Origin: Eledone cirrhosa
Taxonomy: Eukaryota
Reading direction: 5' to 3'
NCBI GenBank assembly: GCA_964016885.1
Contig: OZ024742.1
Span: 219,976,001-220,040,000 of the forward strand
DNA length: 64,000 nt
Shown: positions 13,305-27,420 of the stretch, piece after piece
How the letters are laid out: each line of letters starts with the position of its first letter
Numbering within the stretch: position 1 is the stretch's first letter
The notes under the pieces: generated by a model
The model's database searches: none
What the model was told of the DNA's origin: nothing
Seen by the model: only the letters and a program-made list of their open reading frames with translations
Position numbers and translations under genes: made by a program

Positions 13305-13976
13305 ATGATTTCTAACATAGGCACAAGGCCAGAAACTTTGAGAAGACAATTCTATTGAAACCAGTACTTAACTGGCACTTCATTTTATTGACCTGAGAAG
13401 CATGAAAGGCAAAAATAACCTTGGTGGGATTTGAACTCAGAAAGTAAAGAACCAGAATAAACATAGCTAAACATTTGCAAACAACTCTGCCAATCCACTA
13501 CCCTAATAATAATAATAATAATAATGGTTTCTGATTTAGGCACAAGGCCAGCAATTTTGGGAGAGGGGAAAGTCAATTAAATTTACTCCAGTACATTACT
13601 GGTACTTTATTTTATCGACCTCATAAGGATGAAAAGCAAAGCTAATCTTGGCAGGATTTGAACTCAGAACATAAAGGGCTATAACTCTGGCACAAAGCAT
13701 GTTGGCTAACGCTTTACCTATACTGCCAACCCACCACCCTTTGAACTCAGAAAGTAAAGAACCAAAACAAATATAGCTAAACATTTACTAACACTGCCAA
13801 TCCACCACCCTATTAACAATAATAATAATTGTTTCTACTTTAGGCACAAGGCCAGCAATTATCCAGGTGCATTACTGGTACTTTATTTTATCGACCCTCA
13901 TAAGGATGAAAGGCAAAGTTAACCTTGGCGGGATTTGAACTCAGACCGTAAAGGGATGTAACTATGCTGGAAAGCA
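13305..13976 (-). mobile_element. Head-to-tail cluster of 3-4 family B SINEs
   Basis: Repeated reverse-complement family B bodies separated by (TAA)n tails. Confidence 0.8.
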
Positions 13977-14019
13977 TAATTGTTATTGGGGCATATGGGT
14001 CAGTGACAGAAAAATAACA

Positions 14020-14410
14020 ACTACTTTATTGGCCACTAGGGTCGAAACAAAACAATACAAAAAAAGGGGACAGTAGGGATTTACATAAAACATGTAAAAA
14101 AGATAACAATAACAAATACAATTATTCCCCAATAGAGGGGAGAACCACCCAGGAGTAAGTTAGGAACCCCACAAATCCTAAACCAGTCTAGGAAGGCACC
14201 CTTCTCTTTAAAGCTCCAGCCCTCAGGTGCATTGTCAAAGGAAGTCCACTCATTCAGGCTATCCTCGCTACGTTCACCTATCTTTTAACAAATGTACTAG
14301 GGGGCAGAATTTCCCTCTCCGCCCTTACCTTCCATTCCAAGTGGGACTTGAAAAAGCAACACTGCACATATCAAAAATGCACAGAGCTGTGATTGGTGAT
14401 GCAGAGATGA
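14020..14410 (-). mobile_element. Tx1/L1-like LINE 3' end fragment
   Basis: Same C-terminal pattern (FFKSHLEWKV...REIL) and GTGGCCAATAAA end as 12300 and 15850. Confidence 0.4.
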
Positions 14411-14485
14411 CATGCAATAAAAATACTATTAATTCCACTAGCATTATAACTACTACTAATAATAATAATAATAATATAAACTTGT

Positions 14486-14743
14486 TTATAAATAAGCACA
14501 AAATCAATTTTGATCCAGATTAGGAATTTTAATTTAGTTTTTCTTTTTGCGAATTAAAATGTCATAATTATAACATGGAGTTTTCTTTATTTATGTCAAG
14601 TTTGTGAAGAAAATCTGAAATTGAAATTTCAAATTAAACGGGCATTTTTAATAATGGGGGAAAAAAAAAGAAAAATGCATTTTTTTTTATCAATTCAAAT
14701 TCAGTTTCAACTATTTTCAAAAATAGTTGAAACTGAATTTGAA
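14486..14743 (+). repeat. AT-rich dispersed repeat (second copy 16747-16960), ending in a 24-bp perfect hairpin
   Basis: ATAAATAAGCACA.AATCAATTTTGATCCAGA...ACATGGAGTTTTCTT is shared by both copies. TTCAAATTCAGTTTCAACTATTTT (14694-14717) and its reverse complement (14720-14743) form the hairpin. Confidence 0.8.
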
Positions 14744-14999
14744 AACATTATTGTTGCTTTGAAAAACAGAGTAAAGTGTTATTGGTAATATGTAACCTAG
14801 TACAACATTTAGCATGGTCAAGTCGTCAGTGACCAAAATAGGCAAACCCACTAAGATTACATAGCGAGGGGGAAGTGATGTCTGGGCATCCTATAGGATG
14901 AAAAACAAAACCCTTCTAGGGGCAGAGGAAGTCATGAGAGTCTTCTGCAATCCAATAGAGTGTATATATACATTTACATGTATGATTAGATACCTGGTT

Positions 15000-15420
15000 T
15001 TGATGAAGTGACTTATGTGTCTGAGAGTAACGAGCTAATGCTTAAGGCTGTATTGAAGGAGGAGACAATAGATATGGGAATGTCCAAGAAAGAAGTAACA
15101 ACAAAGAGGAAGAACAATCTGAATGAAAAAGCCCTTCATAGCATCATTTTAAGAAATCAAAATTCAGAGATCTGTAGACATGGAATTGGTTAAAGAAAAG
15201 GGAACTTAAGAAAGATACAGAAGGAATGTTACTGGCCACACGAGAGCAAGCCCTTAGAATGAAGTGGATGAAACATCATATTGACAAAGGGGAAGCTAGC
15301 CTGCTTTGTAGAATCAGTGGAGAGAGAGGAAAATGTGGATCACATCATATCCGAGTGTAAACACCAAGTCCTGACTCACTATAATGGATGGAGGCATGAT
15401 ATCACTGGCATTTATGCAAA
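15000..15420 (+). mobile_element. R4/Dong-clade (RLE) non-LTR fragment
   Basis: WL...LKKDTEGMLLATREQAL...CRI...HIISEC...WRHD is the CCHC/RHD region of RLE-type elements. A further remnant lies at about 16440-16620. Confidence 0.7.
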
Positions 15421-15849
15421 CTGATAATTTACCTCATAATACAAAGCATAGGCCAGTTAAGGAAGATTACATTGATCGTTTGTTGTTGTTTTGAGCTGTT
15501 TCTGTTTCCTATTTGAAAAGAGGGTGGTGGCCCTGAGGAGTCATGGTGAGGTATACTGGGTGGAACATAACTTTGTTTTATTTTATTAGTCATACTTTGC
15601 TCTTTAAATATTTCTGCTGCATTGTACCAGCTTTTTGAAACTTATCAATTTTATAACAATAATGATAAAAGTGAATGTGAGGATGGAACAATAAAAAAAT
15701 AAGCTATCGAAAACTCTCAAAACCAACAATGCCTGCCTTAAATATCTGGTTAATACTCGGTAATCATCACATATAAAGCGAAATCAAAGGAGATAATAAT
15801 AATAGTAATAATAATAGTAATAATAATAGTAATAATAATAACAATAATA

Positions 15850-16330
15850 ATGTTTTCTTTATTAACCACAAAGGGTTTACAAAAAATACAAGGATGGCAC
15901 AGGACAGTACAATGCAGGTTTCTGCATGTAAAAATAAATATAAAACAAAAACAAATGATGTAAGAAAAATAGAACAATAGAAAATTCCCCATTAGTCGGG
16001 AGACTTCCTCGGGTGATTTATGAAGAAATGCTACAAATGCTACAGGCACCCTGACCACCAGGGCAAGTGCTCTCTCCCAGGTGTCCTTCAATCTATAGGC
16101 ACATGCTCAGAGCAGGCCCATTCACTTGGGCCTCTTTCACCCACCTTTCAACAAAGTGGCTGGAAGGCAGCACTTCCCTCTCTACCCTGATCTTCTTCAA
16201 GGGAAACCTGAAGAAGTTAATCAGGGCATTGCCAAAGAGGAAAGTGTCAGTCTTCAGCCATTTCAGACGTGTCCATAGTGTGGCTGGCAACCCACTTGGG
16301 AGGAGGAAAACTGAATAAAAACTTGCAACT
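15850..16330 (-). mobile_element. Tx1/L1-like LINE 3' end fragment
   Basis: ORF 16093-16290 LWTRLKW...FFRFPLKKIRVEREVL...ERWV, followed by a UTR with AATAAA and a (TTA)n tail. Confidence 0.5.
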
Positions 16331-17594
16331 GAAGGTGTTAATCATGTTGAGGATTGGGCGGTTATGAATGATACATGACAGCAAATGGCAGCCATTGTCA
16401 ATAAGAGGTAGCTTATGAAACAAGAGAAAAATGTTAGGAATGCCAAGTGCAGACAGTACCAATAATTGTGGGTAGCTTTGGTGGAGAAAGGGCTAAAAAT
16501 ATTTTCAAAGAACTGATGAACAGTGAGAAAGCTTGAACATCTGTAGTGCAGAATATCCTGAAATTGGCTCTTGTAGAAAGAGAAACCATGCTTCGGAAAG
16601 TCATCTCAGGAGTGATACAACCACACTCTTAATTGTCCCAAATATAACAACAATAATGAAGAACTGGCACTTATGGATGCCAGCTAGCACATGTTGGTAA
16701 CTGGAACTTTGGCTAGAAACAGCTACACCACTTCCCATACTTCTATATAAATAAGCACAGAATCAATTTTGATCCAGAATAGGAATTTTAATTTAGTTTT
16801 CCTCTTTTCAAATTAAAATGTCATAATTATAACATGGAGTTTTCTTCATTTATGTCAAATTTGTGAGAAAAACTGAAATTGAAATTCTAAATTAAACAGC
16901 CATTTTTAACAGTGAAAAAAAAAAAAAAAGCATTTTTTTTCATCAGTTCAAATTCAATTATTTTTATTATTTATTTATTTTCAGTGTTCGAATTTCAATT
17001 GAAGTTTGAATTTCAGTTTTTCTATAAATATAAGAAGTTTACTATGCACTCAGAGTGAAATTTAGTAGCTGGAAACTATGCAGAAGCCTATCTTATCTAT
17101 GCATGTGTGTATCTGTGTATACTAGTGTAAATTAGTGTATTGAGTCAGGTCCCTTTAGAGGAAATATGTAAAACCAGAGTTGATGTGTTCAAATAACAAC
17201 CCCTGTTGTCAGTGCTTCAGCATGGCCACGTCCAATGATTGAAACCAATGAAAGAGTAATCCACTTTTTTGAAAGATTTGTCTATACATGTACCAAATCC
17301 GATTTAGCTTATTGAGAAAAAAAACAAAAAAACAAACAAACAAACCCATTTTAACAACCAGAAATTTCAATCTAAAACAATAATAGCAAGCACAAAACAT
17401 AACAAAAATTAATTGAAAATTCTAGCTGTGGTTCAAATATAAATCCATAAAAATGGTTATTAAATTTTAAGGTGATTTTTTGTCTACTGACAAATATAGA
17501 TATACATATATGTAGATATACATATATGTATATACACACATATTATATGTATATTCTACAGACATGTACATTAATATATATAGATATGTGTGTG

Positions 17595-17648
<54 letters not shown>

Positions 17649-18749
17649 CATGCATGTGCACATAGAAAAACATAATGTGCTTGAATATAGAAATAAATTC
17701 TTCAAGTAATTCCTTGTTAAAATATTTTTTAAAAAGTATATTTTATTCATGTTTTCTTTTTTGTTTATTCTATAAAGTATTTTATTTCAAGTTACTTGAC
17801 AAAACAAAAAAGTTATTTAAAAAAACAGTAAGATACCTAATAAAAAGGAATAAAGTAGATTGAGACTTCAATCTGTTTTTCTATCATACACAAAGAAAAA
17901 ATAACCCATGGAAATTTTCCAAGCTAAAAACAAACAAGAAAAACAATGGTTTAGAATGTAGGGTAAACTAGCATTTCAAGTGAATATTGTGTCTATGAAA
18001 AATAAAGAACTAAAGTTGTGAAAATGTAAAACATTTAAAAGTGAAAATAAGAATAAGTAGGGATACATTTCTCTAACAATGTTTTGCTTTTTTTTTATCT
18101 GATGAATAAAAGTGATTCACTTAAGATAGGTTTGGAAATAGGTGGATCAGTTTTTTTAAAAGATAATTATTTTTACCCCTTTGGAGACAAAGACTACAGA
18201 TTCACCTATGTTAAAGAAGATAAAGTCAGTTTGCATTCTGAGTTCAGATCCTCATATATTCTATTTGGGTTGTAGACTTAATTTGTTGCCTAGTTTAATA
18301 CTACTACCTGACTTTTGGGTGCTTTTAGTGGAGTCACTCTATTGCAAGTATGTGTGCTATGTCTCTGCTTTAAGGATAATTTCCTCATTTCTCCCTCCAG
18401 TTTCAGAGTCCTTGAAAAGCACCAGGAGTACTATTGCCATTTCTTCCCTGACTGAACAATAAAAAAAAGATCAGTAGTCTTATAAAGATTATAATTATTG
18501 TCTGATAGATAATATTATTTCCTATAAATAAATAGCAAACACTAAAAATTTGTAATAAATATAAGAATAGGGGAATTACAGATGTCAAAATGTCTGAGAT
18601 GAAATGTTGTCAAGGTTGTTTAGTCAATTGTCTTTAGAAAACATATTTAATATATTCACAGTATGTTTCAATTAGCTTAACATACTGTTTAGACAAATGT
18701 CTTTAGAAAACATATCTAATATATCCAAAGTATGTTTCAATTGTCTTAA

Positions 18750-18995
18750 CTCTTTAGCATTTACATTACTCTATATTTACTATTATAGTTTCACAGTAAA
18801 GACTTTCATCAGCGTTTAACGTCTATCTTCCACACTAGCACGGGTTAGACTATGTAACATAATATCGAATCTACGAGATTTTTATATTTTTTTTTATTTT
18901 GAGAACAACACTTTAACACAAATATGAGTAGCTGGTTTGAACAGAGAGAGGTGAAAGAATTCTGGCCAGAGACAGCCAGTTTAAATACTAAAGGG
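18750..18995. mobile_element. piggyBac-type MITE (TTAA TSD)
   Basis: TTAA|CTCTTTAGCATTTA ... TAAATACTAAAGGG|TTAA. The adjacent tandem duplicate shows the empty site CTTAACATACTGT. Contains a short RTE tail near 18807-18850. Confidence 0.8.
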
Positions 18996-20029
18996 TTAAC
19001 ATACTGTGTCTAAATGTGCATGTATGTGTGTCTTCATCTATGTTTATGCCCTTATCACTTAACAGTGCTGTTTGTTTATATACTATAACTTAGTAGTTTA
19101 ATAATAAGGTCATTGAAATAAGTACAGGACTTTAAAATATATATATATATATACTGGGGTTGATTAGGTAACCCAGCATGGCCACAGTCAAATGACTGAA
19201 ACCAGTAAAAAAAAATAAAAGAAACACTTTATAGAATATGCAAGCAAATAAAAAAATAGATAGATAAATAAACAGAAAATGATTATGATTGTTACCTGTA
19301 AGTCAGGAAATAGCTTATTATATAGATACCTGGAATGTAACAAACATTATGATTTTGAGACTACAGTAATTAATGAGAATTAAGATGAACAAAAAATTTC
19401 TTAATACAGAATAATGGAGAATGAATTAAAATTGTAGTGGAAGAGAAATCTCATAAACCAGAGACTGAGAATGGTGAAAAATATAGTGTTTGGTGCTTCA
19501 AGACAAGCCTGGTGAATTTGGAGAGAAACTGGGTGTAGATTGGTGAAACAAGGTGCATGTTGGTGCATCAAGCAGATACAGATGACGATATAGGTAAATT
19601 AATGAAAGAGATCAAAGTGTATATACCAATAAGTACCCAAGATTTCAATTAAATATCTTTCCCCCAAAGGGAAACTTTACTAGGTGTTTAATATGAGCCC
19701 ATTGCTAAAGGAGGGAGCACTGGGTAGAACCTCCCTCCATCCCCTAACTTTTCAATGGTGCACTTTCAGTTTTAGAAAATAAAGTTTATAAAAAACTTCC
19801 TGATATATCTTCCTTGTGAAAGTGTGCCCACCCAGAATGTTCTGGACCCATTCTTGCCCAACCTGAGCACCAAACCTGGCAACAGGCTTGGTTTAATACA
19901 AAGGCATTCTATAAATAAAGCCATTATATATCAAGATGAAAAAAAAATGGACTCAAAAAGATAAAATAATTTCACTTAAAAAGGTCACATAGAAATTGAA
20001 GACAAAATTTTACACTCCCATGAAAAGAA

Positions 20030-20760
20030 GTAAATAAAATGAGAAACCAGGACAATAAAAAACAAAGATGAAGCTTTCAATAATTTTGCAAAAGAATCAG
20101 CTTCATTACATTACAAAATAAGGCCATTATTGTTTTAATGAAATAGCACTTCTGCAGACTTCAAAAGGATAAGTGAAGTACCAAATGGACAATTCAAAGG
20201 ATTTTTCAATGTCCTGATGAGAGATGTGCAAATAATTAAGCTAAATAGGAAAGAAGATGTAATATCAACTATAGATGAAAATGCAACAGGCTCTGATGGG
20301 TTCCCAACAACTCTTTTGAAAACAATGTAAATAGACTTTAGCAAAACCACTTTGAATACTTGTTTCAAGCTTCCTTGCAAGTAGTAAACTCCCCCAAAAG
20401 TTCATAGAAGATATAATATACACACTCTGTAAAAGAGGAAAGTGAGCGGATACTAAAAATTACCACCATATCTCTCAGACTTCACATATTAGCATAGTCA
20501 TGCATTGAATTATCAAGAAAAAATGGATTATGTTTTGATAATCATCACATTTTCTGTCTGGGAAGAAGCTATCTCACATAGCTTCAACTTGATATAGAAA
20601 CAGATGCTCAACCATTTAACCAGATGTCATATATCATAACATTGTAAAGGCCTCTGGTAAAATTAATTGAGGAATGATATTTTACACAGTATAGTTGGAA
20701 AACTAGGAGAGTGGCTACATAATTGCATCAAGGGAAGATTTCAGGCAGTTGCATTCAACA
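20030..20760 (+). mobile_element. Highly decayed CR1/L2-group RT fragment
   Basis: ATGSDGFPTTLLK...LAKPL and YHHISQTSHI resemble the A.GPDG and YRPISLTS RT motifs. Many stops. Confidence 0.55.
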
Positions 20761-21401
20761 GTACTCTCTTAAAGAATACCATAATTCTGTGTGGAGTAAC
20801 TTAGAGAACTGCATGGTGTCCATTAAACACATAACTTTTCCTCTGCTGCTGATAGAATGTATGACCATATGTATGCAGGATGCAGACTCCTCAGCCTGTC
20901 TGGAAGGTCTGTAGCCTCACTTCAGTCGATTGCAGGGTTAAACTCCCAGCTATTGCTGGTATTCATTTTCAGCTGAGTATACTGAAGCAAGGTGAAACAA
21001 AGTGTTTTGCTCATGCTCAAGAACACAACACACAACCTGGTCAAGGAATTGACCCCCCCAGCATTATGATTGTAAGTTCAACACACTTACCGCTAGGTCT
21101 CACACTTTCACCTGATCAGTGGATAATATAAAAACAAAAAATATATATAATTTGTAAGTCAATTTCATTCCATTGCATATTACTTTGGGCATTGTGTCTT
21201 TTATGATAGTGATGGGCTAATACCTTAGGAATGTCATTTGGTAGATGGAAACTATAAATAAGCCTTATATATATATATAATATATATATCATCATCATCA
21301 TCATCACCGTTTTACGTCCGTTCTTCCACGCTAGCATGGGTTAGACGGTATATAAATATATATATTAAAAAAAATAGAGGTGTGACACACACGTTGTGAT
21401 A

Positions 21402-21692
21402 TATTAGTAAAAAGGAAAAGAAAAGGCTGACAAATTTTTCCCAGTGAAAAATAGTTTAATTAGGAATAAGTATAAATTAGTAATAAGTATTAGTTAGTAT
21501 TCAGTTTTAGTTTTAAGTTTTTACCGCTTTAGTTTTAAGTTTTTTGAAAAGCATAAGAAATGCGCAACCGGTAAAAACTTAAAACTAAAACTGAATACTA
21601 ACTAATACTTATTACTAATCTATACTTATTCCTAATTAAACTATTTTTCACTGGGAAAAATTTGTCATCATTTTCTTTTCCTTTTTACTAAT

Positions 21693-21693
<1 letters not shown>
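21402..21693. repeat. 125-bp inverted repeat (fold-back) enclosing a hammerhead motif
   Basis: 21402-21526 is the reverse complement of 21569-21693, with 3 mismatches counted by eye. Confidence 0.92.
21528..21589 (+). ncRNA. Type I hammerhead ribozyme motif, U3-A8 variant, with GCAA in place of GAAA (probably inactive)
   Basis: Stem I TTTAGTTTTAAGTTTT, core TTGAAAA, stem II GCAT-aagaa-ATGC, GCAA, CCGG, TA, stem I' AAAACTTAAAACTAAA. Confidence 0.7.
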
Positions 21694-21736
<43 letters not shown>

Positions 21737-21738
<2 letters not shown>

Positions 21739-23260
21739 TAATCTTTTTGATATTACTATGGGTTCAAGCGATTCCGCCCAAATTACTGATCTTGTGGGCC
21801 TCTTTCTCCTTTTCAACATAAATGCCTCTTTTCCCCACCTCAAAGGTGGTTTATATCGTGATGACTGTCTTCTTCTTTCTAACAACCTTAGCCTTTCAGA
21901 AATTGAAAAAAACAAAAAACATATTAGAACTTTCCTTAAAGACTATTATAATCTTAATATTACTTTTGAAAAAACAAGTAAAGTAGTAAATTTCCTAGAT
22001 ATAACTTTAGATTTAGCTACGGGTATCTACCAACCTTACCATAAACCTAACCAAAACTTACATTACATACACTCACAATCTAATCACCCTAAATCTATCC
22101 TTAAAAACCTTGCATATAATATATCACTTAGAATTTCTAACCTTTCTTCTAACCAAGATGTATTTGATAAAAATGCGACCTTCTATAACGAAGCTCTAGA
22201 TAGAAGTGGCCACAAAAATAGATTAGAGTATATACCTTCTACTAAAAATACTGAAAGCATACAACATAATATTACCAACAAACACCAAATGAAAAGTACA
22301 CACCTAAATGCCACCCACACTATACCCCAAAATACCAAATCTTCTAATATAAAGTATAGTAACTCTCAAAAAACTACTCATCATACAACTATAATAAATA
22401 TTAATAATAAAACTCCTAATAAAAAGGATAAAACACCTAAATCTACAAATATAACTAAAAATAGTTGTGGTGAGATCATTAACATTAATCCTCCTAGTAA
22501 AAATCACGATACAACCTATAAAAATAATAAAAATAATAAACAACATAGAAACCGTAATAGACGGGTTACTTGGTATAATGCTCCTTTTAATTTACAAGTT
22601 AAGGATAATATTGCTAAAAAATTTTTTTATATCCTTGAGAAAAACTTCCCGCCAAACCACAAATACCATCAAATCTTAAATAGGTCTACAGTTAAATTCT
22701 CATACTCTACAACAAATAACATAAAACAAAATATAAGTGCATATAATGCATATAAATGTAAGAAAACCATAAGTATACCACCAGTACATCAAATTAACCA
22801 TAATATCTCCTCAAATACAGAATTAACGAAAGGATGTAACTGTAGAAACAAAGCAAACTGCCCATTAAAAGGGAATTGTCTTGTTAACAACATAGTCTAT
22901 AAATGTAATGTTAAAACTAAAGATTCTATTTGCTCATATATAGGAGCTACCTCTAACAATTTTAAGACAAGGTTTAATACCCACAAGCATAGTTTTAAAA
23001 ATGCCGCACTGGCTAATACAACATCTCTAGCAGAAAAAATCAATAGTTATAAAAATAAGAATATAAAATATGATTTGACCTGGAGTGTGCTCAAAAGAGC
23101 CACCCCTTATCAAAATAATAGAAATGAATGTAGATTATGTTCCCAAGAACTATTTGAAATAATGAAGTCTAAGGATATCTTATTAAATAAACGACAGGAA
23201 TTAATTATATCGTGTAATCATAAACTAAAAAAAACATTTAAATATTATAAACCTAATTAA
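21737..23260 (+). mobile_element. Penelope-like element, 5'-truncated ORF: RT (motifs B-E, thumb) + Cys motif + GIY-YIG endonuclease
   Basis: FDITMGSSDSAQITDLVG, GLYRDD, VNFLDITLDL, YHKPN...SNHP, CNCRNKANCPLKGNC, IVY...YIGAT...FKTRFNTHKHSF, CRLCSQE. The frame is uninterrupted for more than 500 codons and begins directly after (TA)n. Confidence 0.92.
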
Positions 23261-23719
23261 TAACATTATTTTAGAAATTAATTTAATTTAAATGTTAGTT
23301 AACCTATAAATTTAATTTAATTAAAATTTTATTACAGATGAGAATATAAAATATTATGTAATCATAAATTGTGAAAAACCTTTAAATATTACTAATATAT
23401 ACTTAGTAATTTAATTTATAGATTAATTTTAATTTATTTAAACCTTTTATTATAATTCTTTTACAGATAAAATATAACAAAATAATATCGTGTATCCAAT
23501 GACAGAGAAATAATTTTTAGTATTATAGACCTAATTAATATACATTTTAGAAATATATTTATTATTTGGTTTTAGTTTTAATCAACCTAAAAATTTTAAT
23601 TTTAATTTGCTTAAAATTAGTATCCTTATACAGACGAATTGCAGAATGTCATGTAATCATAGAATGGGATGTGTTTTGGATATATACCTAGTTAATATAT
23701 TCTATGCAATTTTTTGAAA

Positions 23720-23779
23720 AAGATATGTATATGTATATGTGTATGTGTATGTGTGTGTGTGTATGTATATGTGTATATA

Positions 23780-23822
<43 letters not shown>

Positions 23823-24950
23823 ATATATATGTATATATGTATGTGTATGTATATGTATATGTATGCGTATTAATTTTGATTTCTATTTGCATATAATTAT
23901 ATTATGCTATTGATGAAATACAATATCTGCTTTATGTATTGTATACCTAATTAACATATACTATTGAAATAAATATATAATTTTTAATTTAGTTAACCTA
24001 TAATTTATATTCTACTACCGATGTAATACTTTATTTTATTTTTATTTGTGTTTTTTTTTTTTTTTTTTTTTTCCCTATTACTAAATTCATTTCCTAATAT
24101 TGATACCATAACGTTATTAACTTTAATTTAGTTATACTGTAATTAATACTCTACTACTGTTTAACTTCAAAATTCTGCTTCAAATATTATAAACCTAACT
24201 AATTTACACCTTAGAAATCAATATGTTGACTATCTTTGGTTTAGTTAACATATGATTAATGGTATACTTGTTTATTTTGAGATGCATAGATTTTGCCTTA
24301 GTTCTTGTTTGTTGTATTTCCTAACACTGAAAATATGTAAGAACATACATTGGATAAAGATACGGAAAATATTCTATGTTTCTTGAAACATATATTTACT
24401 TTGATCCCCTTCTCCAAACCCCCCCTTTCCCCCATACTATTATCATCTGTATTTGTAAGCGTCTATGTATGAATATATATGTAGGTAGGTGTCTATATAG
24501 GTTTGGGTATTTATATCTAAATATAAAAATACATATATGCGCATGCAAATATGAATGTAAGATTGTGTGTGTATATATGAGTGTGTGTATGTATGTATAT
24601 ATGTGTATATATGCATGTATATATGTATGTGTATGTGAATGTGTGTACGTATATGTGTATGTATGTGTATATATGTGTATATATATGTATGCATGTATAT
24701 ATAGGAATATATATATGTATATATATATGTATATGTATATGCGTGTGTATGTATGTGTGTGTATGTGTGTTGTATATATATGTATGTCTCTCTATTTATA
24801 TGTCTATCTTCGTATCTATGTGATATATGTGTGTGCGTGTGCATGTATGCATATGTATGTGTTTATGTGTATGTGTGTGTGTGTGTATATATGTGTGTGT
24901 GCACACACACACATATATATATGTGAGTGTGTATATGTGTCTGTGTATAT

Positions 24951-25001
<51 letters not shown>

Positions 25002-25091
25002 TGTCTATGTGTGAATATATGTCTATATTCGTATGTGTGTATTTATGTATGTATATGTTTATATGTATGTATGTATATGTATGTATGTATG

Positions 25092-25125
<34 letters not shown>

Positions 25126-25709
25126 TATATTATTCCGTATTATAATATAACTTATGTGTATGTGTGTATAAGTGAGGTTGTGTATGTGTATATAATATGT
25201 GTATATATAAGTGTAAAAAAATATATATATATGTGCATGTCTGTTTTTTATGTGTGTGTATATATATATATATATATATACGTGTGTATATATATGTATA
25301 TGTGGGTGTTTGTATGTGTATTTATGGTGGTATGAGTGTGTGGATATCTATGTGTATATATATATATATATGTATGAGTGTATGTGTGTGTATATATATA
25401 TATATATGTATGTGTATATATATATATATATATATGTGTATGTATGTGTGTATATATATATCTCTATTAATGCGTGTGTGTATGTATATACATATGCCTT
25501 TTTATTATTATTTTTATTTGTATGTCTGAGTTAGGTGAGGTTGTAGTGGTTTTTTATGTATATACGCATATATGGATGCGTATGTATTTGTATATATGAG
25601 TATAAGTAAGTGCATATGTATGTATGATTATATATCTAATTCTATGTATGAATATACATGTATATATATGTGTGTATGTAAGTTGTGTGTGTATGTATCT
25701 ATATGTCTA

Positions 25710-25740
<31 letters not shown>

Positions 25741-25820
25741 GTATATCGATGTACGTATATGTATGTACATGTATGCCTATGTATGTGTGTATGTATGTGT
25801 ATGTATATTTAGGTGTATGT

Positions 25821-25852
<32 letters not shown>

Positions 25853-26092
25853 ATATATATATATGTATATATCTTTATTATTTATTTTTTATATATATGT
25901 GTATGTGTGTATGTGTTGCGTGTGTGTCTGTGTATATATATATCTTTATATATGTGTATGTGTATGTTCGTGTAGGTGTATGTGTGTGTATGACTGTATA
26001 TGTATGTGTATATGTGTGTATGCGTAAATATTTCTATGTGTGTGTACATGTATGTATGTGTATATATCTGTATGTGTATGTATGTGTATTTG

Positions 26093-26134
<42 letters not shown>

Positions 26135-26520
26135 ATATATATATATCTATATGTATATGTGTGTGTATGTATATATATATATATATATATATATCTATAT
26201 GTTTTTCTATTTGTATATGTATGTGTGTATAGGTATATACCTTTCTCTTTGTATTTCTAGGTTGTGTGATAGTGTAGTGGTGTTTGTATGTATATACCGA
26301 TATATAGATGCGTAAGTATTTGTCTGTTTGTGTATATATGTAAGTCTGTATATATTTGTGTGTATATATAGCTATGTATGTGTATATCTGTATGTATATT
26401 AGTATGTAAGTGTTGTATATGTGCATGTATGTGTGTGGTTATATATATCTGTGTCTATATAGTATGTGTAATTATATGTATATGTGTGTGTATATGTACG
26501 TGTATGTACATATATATATG

Positions 26521-26567
<47 letters not shown>

Positions 26568-26771
26568 GTATGTGTATTTGTATGTATATGTGTATATGTA
26601 TGTATGTGTGTATATGTATATGTTTATATATGTGTGTATATGTATGTTCTTAGTGTGGATGTGTGTATATGTATGTATGTGTTTATATATGTGTGTATAT
26701 TTATGTATGGATATGTGTGTGTCTATGTGTATATATATGTATGTTTTTGTATATATATATATATGTATGTG

Positions 26772-26812
<41 letters not shown>

Positions 26813-27420
26813 ATATATGTGTATATATATATATATTTATTTTATTTTATTGATATATTTCTTTTTTCTTTTTTCTTTTTTCTTTTTTCTTTTTTCTGTT
26901 TTTCTTTCTATTCTTTCCTCTTTAATGTTTTATTTATTATATTTTATTGTTTTATTTTTTTATTTTTCTTAGTTTATAGATACATTTATATTAGGCAGTC
27001 TGCTCAGACAGTTGAATACTGACCCCTCCCCCCCCCTCCCACCTAATTTCTGTATCTTGATCTAAAAATGTGTGTGCCAGTGTTTTATGTGAGTGAATTA
27101 ATATCCATGTGCTTATGATTTTATATCCACATATATAAATGTGAGTGGGGGTGTGTGTGTGTTTGTATGTTCGTGGTTATGTGTATATTTATGCATATAC
27201 GCGCGTGTATGTGTGATTGTACGGATATGTGTGAGTATGAAAAAATATATTTATATACTTGACTTCATAAGTGTCAATACGCATCTTATCTGCGCATTGT
27301 AAGCTTACAGAGACATTAACCTTGAAATTTTGTATTTGCATCCATCCTTTTAGTATGCGTATACAAATTATACATACATTTTTGTAAAATATGTGTAAGG
27401 GTTTTACATGTATATACACA
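23720..27420 (+). repeat. About 3.7 kb field of degenerate (TA)/(TG)/(TATG) microsatellite
   Basis: Visible directly, strongly strand-biased (TG on plus). Source of dozens of spurious YI/CV ORFs. Confidence 0.92.

Noticed and set aside
18308-18451. 144-bp minus-strand segment with plausible splice acceptor (TTTTATTGTTCAG) and donor (CAG|GTAGTA)
   Set aside because: Stops in all three frames. At most a non-coding exon, which cannot be supported without RNA data.
23692-27419. Dozens of overlapping 60-210 aa ORFs rich in Y/I/C/V/M or H/T (also at 17.4k, 29-33k, 36.5k, 39-41k, 45.5k)
   Set aside because: Translations of (TA)/(TG) microsatellites, which lack stop codons. No domain content.
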